DNA of 64,000 nt, from assembly GCA_037133395.1 (NCBI GenBank), contig JBAXOG010000002.1:26180-90179 (forward strand), written 5' to 3'. The first letter of the stretch is position 1. Each line of letters begins with the position of its first letter. A model generated the notes under the pieces. That model was not told the origin of the DNA and did not search any database. It saw nothing but the letters and a program-made list of their open reading frames with translations. Both the position numbers and the translations under genes were made by a program. This DNA is from a bacterium. Its GTDB lineage: Bacteria > Verrucomicrobiota > Kiritimatiellia > RFP12 > UBA1067. Shown one piece after another: positions 18,533 through 27,084 of the stretch.

Positions 18533-19552
18533 TTAATACTTCAGTAAGCACTTCACGACTTCACCGGACTTGACCGCAGCCACAGCCTGGACAATCTGTG
18601 CGACTGGGAAGGTGTGTGTCACAAATTCGGAAGCCTTCAGCTTTCCTTCGCGAATCCATTGGCATAGTGGCGCTTGTGCTGCGCGTTCTCGGGAACGTGT
18701 CGGCCACTGATGGACAATCAGATTGAAATTGTAAGGGCCTGTCGCCTTATCGAGCGTCAACTTTGACGCAGCCAACACACCATACACCCCTATCGTGCCG
18801 CCCAGCTTGATGAGTGGCAAAGCCGTGTTGATAATCTTTTCATGGCCGACCGCATCCACGACCACATCCAACGACTTCTTTTCGATGTCGAGTGCATCTG
18901 GCGCAAATACAGCATCCGCGCCCATGACCTTGGCGCGTTCGCGCTTGTGTGCCAGCGGATCAACAAGGCCTACCCACTTGACGCCCATCAGCTTGCAGAA
19001 CTTCACAAAACTCAAACCCACAGGGCCTGCACCAAAAATCAATACTTTATCCTTCGGCTGGATATTGAAGTCGCCGATACCGCCATAAACTTCGCGCCAC
19101 GTGCAGAGCAATGCCGCTTCAGCAGCCGGAATATCCGCATCCACCTTGGTCTGGATCTCATAGCATTCAAACCAGCCATGCTGTTCATCCGCCACGCCAT
19201 CCGCCACCATAGCGTCATGGTCATTGACGAGCACGTATTCACAGAAACCGCCCCACCCCGTTGAAATCTCTTTTTCTGCAAAGGAAAAAACTAAGCCACC
19301 CATGGCACGATCACCCTTTTTAAACGTGCGAACCTTTTCGCCGACCTGTTGCACGATCCCTGTGTTCTCATGTCCCAACGAAAGCGGATACTGATCCACG
19401 CCCGGAAAATGGCCTTCAATCAGCTTTCCGTCTGTGGCATTGCACAAGGCAGCAACATCTAACTTCACCAACGCCTGATAAGGTCCAGGCTTGGGTGCTT
19501 CGATTTCACGAACGCCAAACACGTCTGGTTTCTCAACGATGACTGCTCTCAT
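18533..19552 (-). CDS. Zinc-dependent polyol/alcohol dehydrogenase (MDR family)
   Basis: Catalytic Cys in ALCNATD, LGHE motif, GAGPVG Rossmann motif. Confidence 0.9.
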   Translation of the reverse strand: MRAVIVEKPDVFGVREIEAPKPGPYQALVKLDVAALCNATDGKLIEGHFPGVDQYPLSLGHENTGIVQQVGEKVRTFKKGDRAMGGLVFSFAEKEISTGWGGFCEYVLVNDHDAMVADGVADEQHGWFECYEIQTKVDADIPAAEAALLCTWREVYGGIGDFNIQPKDKVLIFGAGPVGLSFVKFCKLMGVKWVGLVDPLAHKRERAKVMGADAVFAPDALDIEKKSLDVVVDAVGHEKIINTALPLIKLGGTIGVYGVLAASKLTLDKATGPYNFNLIVHQWPTRSRERAAQAPLCQWIREGKLKASEFVTHTFPVAQIVQAVAAVKSGEVVKCLLKY

Positions 19553-21051
19553 AATGACTCCTTTTGTGCGGCCAAATCCTTATACACATCCACAAGCCTG
19601 CGATAAGCTTGTTCCATTACATCGCGGCGCATCCGATATTTGATTGCATGCTCAATATTCGGCTGCACCGTAGCATCGACACTCAGCAGTTGTTCAGCGA
19701 TGCTGAAATCCTTGAAGATTCCGCAGGCCACACCGCCGATAATTGCAGCACCCAAGGAAGTCGCCTCAGCCTTGGAGTTCAACGTCTGGACCGCGCATGA
19801 ACACGCTGAAGCCAGAATATGACGGAACACGTTGCTCTGTGCGCCGCCACCAATGATCGTGAGTTTTTCAATCGGCACGTGTACGCGGAAGATGTCGGCG
19901 ATGAGTCCCAGATTCATGGCCACGCCTTCCATCACTGCACGTAACATGTCCGCGCGTGTCGAAGCCAGGTTCAGTCCGATAAACGCTCCACGCGCATCGG
20001 GATTCCACCACGGCGTGCGTTCGCCCAGCATATACGGCAGGAAGAGTACGCCATTGGCACCCACGGGCGATGACTCCACCAGCGCTTCGATCTGCGCGAA
20101 GTCAGGACTCGTTGCGACCTGTTCAGACATCCATTTGAAACTCGACCCTGCGGTCTGCATCGTACCAGACGGATGAAGATAACCTGGAACGCAATGCGCC
20201 CAATTCATGGTCCGCATCTGCTCGTCTACAATCGGCTTTTCAACGGTCAGCGCAATCCAGCTCGACGAGCCCAAGCAGTTGTAAGCGCTGCCGGGCTTGA
20301 CGCAGCCAACACCGACACCTGCGGCACTGCCATCGCCGCCACCTGCTGCGACAGGGGTCCCAACAGCCAATCCTGTCTCTGCTGCGGCTTGAGGCGTGAT
20401 TCCACCAATGATGGTTGATGAATCAACAGCCTTTGGAAAATACGACACATCCAAGCCAGCAAGGCCGATTAGTTTTTCTGACCAAGTAAACGTATTGAGG
20501 TCAAAAGCGTTCGTGCCTGACGCATCGGAAAAATCCGTAGCCATCACGCCGGTCAGACGACAATTAATATAGTCCTTCGCGCAAAGCGTCTTAGCGGTTT
20601 TCTTAAAAACCTCCGGTTCATTATCACGCACCCACATCAGTTTTTCCAACGGGTACGACGAACTGGCGCGATGTCCGCAAATGCCATAAAACTCACGCAA
20701 CGAAATCTGATTGAGCAACGCAGCCTCTTCCTTTGTGGCCCGTTGGTCACAATAAAGGATGGAGGGACGCAAGGCACGACCGTCCTTATCCACAGGCGTG
20801 CACCCCATCATCTGACCGCTCAGGGAAACAACGGCGATCTCCTTCGGCGAGACCTTGGCCTCCGCGAGCAACTGCTTTGTTGAACCACAAACTGCCTTCC
20901 ACCAATCTTCCGGATTCTGTTCAGCCCATGAGCCATTAAAGAAGTTAGACGGATAGGATACCGTGGCACTCGCCATCTGCTTTCCCTCTTCCGAGTAAAG
21001 CGTGGCCTTATTGCCGCTCGTCCCTAAATCATGCGCCAGAATGTATTTCAT
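19549..21051 (-). CDS. FGGY-family carbohydrate kinase (xylulokinase-like)
   Basis: LAHDLGTSGNKA, SLSGQMMG, GGGDG, FLPYMLGERTPWW, AVMEGV, IGGGAQS. Confidence 0.92.
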   Translation of the reverse strand: MKYILAHDLGTSGNKATLYSEEGKQMASATVSYPSNFFNGSWAEQNPEDWWKAVCGSTKQLLAEAKVSPKEIAVVSLSGQMMGCTPVDKDGRALRPSILYCDQRATKEEAALLNQISLREFYGICGHRASSSYPLEKLMWVRDNEPEVFKKTAKTLCAKDYINCRLTGVMATDFSDASGTNAFDLNTFTWSEKLIGLAGLDVSYFPKAVDSSTIIGGITPQAAAETGLAVGTPVAAGGGDGSAAGVGVGCVKPGSAYNCLGSSSWIALTVEKPIVDEQMRTMNWAHCVPGYLHPSGTMQTAGSSFKWMSEQVATSPDFAQIEALVESSPVGANGVLFLPYMLGERTPWWNPDARGAFIGLNLASTRADMLRAVMEGVAMNLGLIADIFRVHVPIEKLTIIGGGAQSNVFRHILASACSCAVQTLNSKAEATSLGAAIIGGVACGIFKDFSIAEQLLSVDATVQPNIEHAIKYRMRRDVMEQAYRRLVDVYKDLAAQKESL

Positions 21052-21060
21052 GGGATTCCC

Positions 21061-21546
21061 CTATTTAAAGAGTTCAGCGCCAGTAAACCCAATCAGTCCT
21101 GTAATGGCACCACCGACAACACCCCCGAGGACGGCAACAAAAATGCGCGGCAGACTCTCGATTGCCAAGGATCTACGCGTCCCCTTTTGTGCGCCGATGA
21201 GACAATGAACCCAGAATCCGCAGGCAATGGCGCTTCCCATGTCAACCCACGGACACGCGCCCTTATAGGCCTGATAAATCAGTCCATACTGCTTCCATCC
21301 GCCATCCGGATAAGAGATACCATCGGGATTGATACCAAAGCCGGGAAGCTTATGATTCAAGAGCCAAAAGGTGCCGATGATGATCGTGGCACTCATAAAG
21401 CCGCCGATGGGGCCAAAGTCGCGCACAAGCTTCGGCCAGCAAATAATAACGGCAAACGTTGCACAGAAGGCGCCAAAGATGGTGGTGATCACACTGACTG
21501 GCGGCATACCGAGTGCAGGATTAAAGGTGGAGAGCCATTCAATCAT
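21061..21546 (-). CDS. Small membrane protein, Lin0368-like putative transporter subunit
   Basis: Several TM helices; GPIGGFMSATIIIGTFWLLNH and WVDMG parallel the paralog upstream; ATGA overlap sets the start at 21546. Confidence 0.65.
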   Translation of the reverse strand: MIEWLSTFNPALGMPPVSVITTIFGAFCATFAVIICWPKLVRDFGPIGGFMSATIIIGTFWLLNHKLPGFGINPDGISYPDGGWKQYGLIYQAYKGACPWVDMGSAIACGFWVHCLIGAQKGTRRSLAIESLPRIFVAVLGGVVGGAITGLIGFTGAELFK

Positions 21547-21932
21547 TTGGACACCTCCTTCTCTTCCAGATTTTGCCAGCCAGGCGCAACTTGCTTGACC
21601 ACATGGGCGGCCCAGCCTGCGAGCGCGCCGCCGATGAGACAACAAATCAACGTCGGAAAAATGTGCGTGAAGTGCGAGTTGGGATAAAAACGGACAAGCC
21701 CCCAGACAATGCCTGAAGCCGCAATCGGCCACCCTTGATCCACCCAAAGCGTCCCCTTCGGATTATCCATCACACCCAGCCAGTGGTTCATATACCACAT
21801 GGTGCCAATCACGACAGACGCTGTCAAAAATCCGCCCATAATTCCATACGTCTTCCACATCTCCGGCCATATCCCGAAGGCAAGCGAACCAACAATCGCC
21901 CCCCCGATAAACGTTGATAAATGTCTTTTCAT
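21543..21932 (-). CDS. Small membrane protein, Lin0368-like putative transporter subunit
   Basis: YGIMGGFLTASVVIGTMWYMNH, WVDQG; 129 aa with about 4 TM segments. Confidence 0.7.
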   Translation of the reverse strand: MKRHLSTFIGGAIVGSLAFGIWPEMWKTYGIMGGFLTASVVIGTMWYMNHWLGVMDNPKGTLWVDQGWPIAASGIVWGLVRFYPNSHFTHIFPTLICCLIGGALAGWAAHVVKQVAPGWQNLEEKEVSK

Positions 21933-21969
21933 GCGTGAACTGTCCCTTTCTGTTGACCTATAATTTTGT

Positions 21970-22001
21970 CATTCTAACATTCCCCTGTTCCAACATTCCA
22001 G
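21970..22001. repeat. 8-bp-period tandem repeat (cattccaN family, 4 units)
   Basis: cattctaa cattcccc tgttccaa cattccag. Confidence 0.75.
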
Positions 22002-22152
22002 CGCAGTTATAGGCAAGGCATCAAAATTCTTAATTGTCCGTACAATATAACAGACCCCTTTATGACCGTCAAGCCGTTATCTAATTATAATTTTGAATCG
22101 CACTTACTCACATTTCTTGACGTACTGTCGTGTTTTTGGCATTCTTTCCGAC

Positions 22153-23529
22153 ATGACACTGACAGCGCCAAAAACCCGATCAAGCAAAACTTTCTTAGGT
22201 CATCCGGTAGGACTGTTCGTCCTGTTCTTCACAGAAATGTGGGAACGCTTCTCATATTACGGCATGCGAGCACTCCTGATGCTCTACATGACTCAGTACC
22301 TGATTAAGGCTGCAGAGACGGGTACGACCATTGTGGGGTTTGCAACCCTCAAAGGCGGACTTGAAGCGGTTTTCGGATCGCTCGCCATTCAGCCATTGGC
22401 CTCGCAAATTTACGGCCTCTACACGGGGTTTGTCTATTTCACTCCGTTCTTCGGAGGCATTCTCGCAGACCGTCTGCTGGGCCAGCGCAAAACCGTGGTG
22501 ATCGGTGGCATCCTGATGGCCACTGGCCAATTCCTCCTCGCCTGTGAGCGGTTCTTCCTCTTGGCGCTTTTGTTCCTGATCATCGGCAATGGCTGTTTCA
22601 AGCCCAACATCTCCACTCAAGTCGGCAACCTTTACGAACATGGCGATCCACGCCGCGATGGCGCGTTTACAATCTTTTATATGGGCATCAATCTGGGGGC
22701 TTTTTTCTCACCCCTTATTTGCGGCACGCTGGGTCAAATCTATGGCTGGCACTATGGGTTCATCGCGGCTGGTGTCGGCATGTTGATCGGATTAGTGGTC
22801 TACTTGACTGGACAGAAATACCTCGCACCTGACAATTTGATGACGAAGGCCGCTGACGCTCACAGTGAAAAGACAGCGCTCACGGCAAAAGAGTGGAAGG
22901 GTATTCTCGGACTGTGCTGTCTCTGCATCCTGAACATCGTCTTCTGGGGGGTATACGAACAACAGGGGAACACGATTCAACTATTTGCTGATAAAAATAC
23001 CGACTGGCATGTCTTCGGCTGGGAAATGCCTTCGACATGGTTTCAATCTCTGAACCCTCTCTTCGTCTTCGCGTTGGCACCCTTCCTCAACATGTTCTGG
23101 GGCAAGCAGGCGAAGCGAGGGAAAGAACCCTCAAGCATTGCTAAAATGGCATTGGGCTGCCTGATGCTCGGCGTCTCCTTCCTCGTGCTGATGTTTGCTA
23201 CCAAAGGCATGGGCGAAACCCATCGCATCACCTTCCTCTGGCTCGTGCTGTGCACCTTCATCTATACCTTGGGCGAGCTCTACCTTTCACCGATCGGCTT
23301 GTCGCTGGTGACCAAGGTTGCGCCAGCCCGTCTGGTGAGCATGCTGATGGGGATGTGGTTCCTCTCCTCATTCTTCGGCAATTACCTGTGCGGATACTTG
23401 GGCACCTATTACGAGAAGATGCCCAAGGATAGCTTCTTCATGATGCTCACCTTGCTCGGCGTCATTGCAGGTGTCGCCATGTTCGCGCTCAAGGGTCCAC
23501 TCAAGAAGGCCATCGGCGAAGATGTGTGA
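22153..23529 (+). CDS. POT/PTR family proton-dependent oligopeptide transporter
   Basis: FTEMWERFSYYGMR (ExxERFxYY), GNGCFKPNIS, FYMGINLGAF, GELYLSP. Confidence 0.95.
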   Translation: MTLTAPKTRSSKTFLGHPVGLFVLFFTEMWERFSYYGMRALLMLYMTQYLIKAAETGTTIVGFATLKGGLEAVFGSLAIQPLASQIYGLYTGFVYFTPFFGGILADRLLGQRKTVVIGGILMATGQFLLACERFFLLALLFLIIGNGCFKPNISTQVGNLYEHGDPRRDGAFTIFYMGINLGAFFSPLICGTLGQIYGWHYGFIAAGVGMLIGLVVYLTGQKYLAPDNLMTKAADAHSEKTALTAKEWKGILGLCCLCILNIVFWGVYEQQGNTIQLFADKNTDWHVFGWEMPSTWFQSLNPLFVFALAPFLNMFWGKQAKRGKEPSSIAKMALGCLMLGVSFLVLMFATKGMGETHRITFLWLVLCTFIYTLGELYLSPIGLSLVTKVAPARLVSMLMGMWFLSSFFGNYLCGYLGTYYEKMPKDSFFMMLTLLGVIAGVAMFALKGPLKKAIGEDV

Positions 23530-23552
23530 GCAAAGGTATACCTGTAACTTCT

Positions 23553-23581
23553 CAGACAGAACTGTTTGCCACACCTTATGT
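23553..23581 (+). repeat. Degenerate copy of the GGCAGACA-GAAA-TGTCTGCC hairpin repeat
   Basis: cagacagaactgtttgccacaccttatgt; 2 mismatches in 29 nt versus the copies at 25228 and 26803. Confidence 0.85.
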
Positions 23582-23645
23582 CAGCAAGTCCGGGTCAGCG
23601 GTACAATCAAGACATTTCTGCCGATAATTCGCTTTTCACATTGCA

Positions 23646-23710
23646 AACGTTCTAAACGTTTGATACCTTAACGTTCTAAACGTTTGACACTTTAACGTTC
23701 TAACTGTTGA
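23646..23710 (+). repeat. 24-bp tandem repeat (about 2.7 copies) upstream of the AAA gene
   Basis: aacgttctaaacgtttgatacctt / aacgttctaaacgtttgacacttt / aacgttctaactgttga. Confidence 0.9.
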
Positions 23711-23720
23711 GGATATTGCC

Positions 23721-25034
23721 ATGGATATACGTGAAGTGAACAGGGCTTTAAGTGCGGGGAAGACCGATGAGCCTGGGGTACTGCCCAAGCTTGCAGAATT
23801 GCGTGAACAACCTTTTGTCATGGATACAGGGTTCAGTATTTCTGAGCTACCGGATCAGCCAGGTGTTTTGATCATCCGAGGTGCGCGTCAATATGGAAAG
23901 AGCACCTGGCTGCAGCAACAGATCGCCCAAACAATCAGACGCTTTGGCCCTGGATCGGCTTTTTATCTTGATGGAGATGAGTTACGCGACAGCGATGCGT
24001 TGTTGGAGGCGGTTCGAGAGCTACTCCCGCTTTATGACTCCAAAACGCCAGTCCGCAGACTCTTCATTGACGAGATCACCGCGATCAAGGATTGGCAAAA
24101 CGGGCTTAAACGTTTACTTGACCGTGGCGAACTCAAGCGAACGCTTGTCGTGACCACGGGCTCAAAAGCCGCAGATCTGAGACATGGTTCGGAACAGCTC
24201 CCCGGACGAAAAGGCACACTTGCGCGTAGCAGCCACCTCTTCACACCCGTGCCCTATTCCGAGTTCAAACGGGTCTGCGCGCCTACGCTAAACCCTGCGG
24301 ATGTACTGCCAGCCTATCTCCTCTCTGGGGGTTCACCTTGCGCGTGCACGTCACTGGCTGTTCAAGGACATCTTCCTGATCACCTTGTCGAAATGGTCAG
24401 GGACTGGGTCTACGGCGAGGTCTCGGCATCTGGCCGGTCACGTCCGATGATGAAGGGGGTCATGGAGTGCCTCATGCGTTTTGCCGGCACGCCTGTTGGT
24501 CAGTCAAAGTTGGCGCGCGAGGCGGGGTTGGCGAATAACACAGTCGCCGCAGGTTATGTTGACCTGCTCTCGGACCTCATGAGCGCAGCCGCCTGCTTTG
24601 CGTGGGACGATGCGCATCGGCGTCCAAACCGGCGGAGGCCTTGCAAATTTCATATCACCAACCTCCTTGTCGCTGCTGTATGGCATCCCTGTCGCCTGCG
24701 GCGGCCAGCCGACATCCGATCCCTCCCCCCCGAAGAACAGGGCGGGTTAATGGAGTGGCTCGTCGCCCAGGAGCTTTTCAGAAGGGCGGCACTTAGAGGA
24801 GACGAATTCCCCGAAGTGATGTCATACTGGAACACGGGCGAGCATGAACTCGACTTCGTCCTGGGACCTGACCGTTTCATCGAGGTCAAAAGGGGTCGCA
24901 CAGGGCCTCTGGACTTCATCTGGTTCCCCAAATGTTTTCCCAAAGGACACCTGACCGTGATCTCCGAGTCTCGCTACGAGACTGACCATATCCGCGGAGT
25001 CACGCTAGACGACTTTCTCCTCGGATTGCCTTAA
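23721..25034 (+). CDS. AAA+ ATPase with DUF4143 / nuclease-like C-terminus
   Basis: Walker A GARQYGKST, Walker B LFIDEI, VTTGS, YLLSGGSP, C-terminal HELDFVL..IEVK (PD-(D/E)XK-like). Confidence 0.88.
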   Translation: MDIREVNRALSAGKTDEPGVLPKLAELREQPFVMDTGFSISELPDQPGVLIIRGARQYGKSTWLQQQIAQTIRRFGPGSAFYLDGDELRDSDALLEAVRELLPLYDSKTPVRRLFIDEITAIKDWQNGLKRLLDRGELKRTLVVTTGSKAADLRHGSEQLPGRKGTLARSSHLFTPVPYSEFKRVCAPTLNPADVLPAYLLSGGSPCACTSLAVQGHLPDHLVEMVRDWVYGEVSASGRSRPMMKGVMECLMRFAGTPVGQSKLAREAGLANNTVAAGYVDLLSDLMSAAACFAWDDAHRRPNRRRPCKFHITNLLVAAVWHPCRLRRPADIRSLPPEEQGGLMEWLVAQELFRRAALRGDEFPEVMSYWNTGEHELDFVLGPDRFIEVKRGRTGPLDFIWFPKCFPKGHLTVISESRYETDHIRGVTLDDFLLGLP

Positions 25035-25095
25035 CACCCTTCTCAAAGCCACCTTCTCGTTCTTCGGCAGATGCCAATGCACTTCCCCCGCCCTC

Positions 25096-25308
25096 CATTC
25101 ACGCATTCACGCATTCGCGCATTTCTCAACCTCTCTCCCCATCCGCGCAAAATCCGCGTCATCCGTAGCTAAAAACGAAGCAACGCGATCTGCACGTGCA
25201 TGTTCATTCCTGTCTGTGCAACAACGGCAGACAGAAATGTCTGCCACACCTTATGTTGGCATCGCTGAGCACTGGAAAATGAACACGTTATTTCATGTGT
25301 CCAATGTC
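25096..25308 (+). repeat. Composite repeat unit, copy A: cattcNcg octamers plus a ~150-bp segment with a GAAA-loop hairpin
   Basis: Octamers at 25096-25127; aatccgcgtcatccg; ggcagacagaaatgtctgcc at 25226-25245; tail to catgtgtccaatgtc matches copy B. Confidence 0.92.
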
Positions 25309-25315
25309 GTCTAGA

Positions 25316-26473
25316 TCATTGGTTTAAAATTCCAAGAGCCTCTTGGTGCTTGGCTTGGATGAATTTTTCCAGTTTGTCCTTCGAGGGTAAATTCACTGCG
25401 TATTGGGAGACAAAGAGTTGGTTGTCCATGCTGGCGGTGGCGTATTCCACCAGTGCATGGTCTTTGTCGGTACAGAGCAACAGCCCCACGGGCAAGTTGT
25501 CGCCAGCGGACATCTTATGTCTGCGATACCAGGTGACGTAGGTGTTGAGCTGGCCCAGATGATCATGTTTAAACTCGTCCACCTTCAACTCGACCAGCAC
25601 ATGGCACTTGAGTATGCGGTGGTAAAAGACAAGATCCACAAAACCACGCGTCTTGCCGATGACGATGCTCTTCTGCTGCGCTTCCAGACAGAAGCCGTGG
25701 CCCAGTTCGAGCAGAAATTCCCGCAGGTTCTCCACCAGTGCCGCTTCGAGATCAGTCTCAGAAACCGCATCCTTTGCCCGCAGACCGAGAAACTCAAAGA
25801 TGTAGGGATCACGAATGGCTAGTTTCGGTTCTGCTGTCTCAACACCCTTCTTCACCATCGCCGCCAGCTTCTCCTTGTCCTTTGACAAACCCGAACGCTC
25901 GAAATAGAGCGTAGCGATCTGACGCTTCAATGCCCGCACTGACCAATTGCCGCGAATGCATTCGATCTCGTAGAAGGCTCGTTTGAGCGGGTCGTCGAGA
26001 TCAACAATGAGTTCGATATGACTGTATGAAAGTCGATTGATCAATTGCTCAACCGCCACGCCTAATTGTGGGGACGCTGTCCCCACTTTTCGCACAGGCA
26101 CGGGTATAGCTGGAAATTGTGGGGACAGTGTACCCACAATTCCCGGATAGAGTCGCCAGAATCTTAAATAACGGTAAAGTTGTCGGCGGTTGCTGTTGGA
26201 AACTCTCAGCTCTGTGAGCTGATCCGCTAACGCATCTAGTAGCCCGTCCCCATACTTTGCCCGGTCTGCTCCGTTCAATTCGTAGTGGTGAATATAGGCC
26301 CCGATAGTCCAGTTTCGCAGCGTCAACGTAACATTGACAACACGAGTGCCCTGAACAGTACAGTACTCGTCAACTTGCTGGATCGCCTTCACAAGCGCGG
26401 CGAAATCCAATTGAGTGCTGCTGTCCTTCGTGGTACTGCGTTTCTTAACAATGGCATTCTTCTTAATTGGCAT
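25316..26473 (-). CDS. DUF1016 / YhcG-like PD-(D/E)XK nuclease-domain protein
   Basis: LRNWTIGAYI, LSYSH, WSVRALKRQI, IRDPYIFEFLGL, FLLELGHGF, VDLVFYHRILKCHVLVELK, GQLNTY. Confidence 0.93.
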   Translation of the reverse strand: MPIKKNAIVKKRSTTKDSSTQLDFAALVKAIQQVDEYCTVQGTRVVNVTLTLRNWTIGAYIHHYELNGADRAKYGDGLLDALADQLTELRVSNSNRRQLYRYLRFWRLYPGIVGTLSPQFPAIPVPVRKVGTASPQLGVAVEQLINRLSYSHIELIVDLDDPLKRAFYEIECIRGNWSVRALKRQIATLYFERSGLSKDKEKLAAMVKKGVETAEPKLAIRDPYIFEFLGLRAKDAVSETDLEAALVENLREFLLELGHGFCLEAQQKSIVIGKTRGFVDLVFYHRILKCHVLVELKVDEFKHDHLGQLNTYVTWYRRHKMSAGDNLPVGLLLCTDKDHALVEYATASMDNQLFVSQYAVNLPSKDKLEKFIQAKHQEALGILNQ

Positions 26474-26623
26474 GGCTTATTCCTCTTTCGTATAACGACC
26501 TAAACTTGATGTTTCTGATAACTGTACTTAAACTTTTGTTTCGAGTCCAGACAAGAGGTTGAAAATTGGGGACGACATTGATATAGAATCATAATCCTGC
26601 CGGTAACTTCAAAAGAATTTCAT

Positions 26624-26883
26624 TATTGCGTTATTGCTCGAAGCGAATACGCTTGTTCCTTCAGCGTTAAGCGTTTCACGCATTCCCGCATTCGCGCATT
26701 CCCGCATTCGCGCATTCGAGCATTCCCGCAAATCCACGTCATCCGCACCTAAAAACAAAACGACACGGGTTGCACGTGCATGTTCCTGTCTGTGCACAAC
26801 GGCAGACAGAAATGTCTGCCACACCTTATGTTGGCATCGCCGAGCACTGGAAAATTACCACGTTATTTCATGTGTCCAATGTC
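26624..26883 (+). repeat. Composite repeat unit, copy B
   Basis: tattgc x2; gaagcgaatacgcttgt; cattc(c/g)cg x6 at 26681-26728; hairpin at 26801-26820; near-identical to 25151-25308. Confidence 0.92.
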
Positions 26884-27084
26884 AAGTGCGCCTCCTTTGT
26901 CTTCTGCTATTTCGGGAACCACTCCAACAGTTTATTAACTACCCGATCATGACCCTTCCGGTTCTCTATGAGAACCTTGTTTGGAGTGTTACCTTATTTT
27001 AAGTTTTTGAAGCGATCATTATTTGGTAGTTAGCACACGCAACTCCGAAGAACGGGTCACGAACCGCCCCCGAAGCCTTTTGCA

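Noticed and set aside
23646-23710. Possible CRISPR array (24-bp repeats)
   Set aside because: The units are directly adjacent with no unique spacers, and there are no cas genes in the window.
23553-26883. Classical integron cassette array
   Set aside because: I found no RYYYAAC...GTTRRRY attC ends and no IntI; it is kept only as an integron-like layout.
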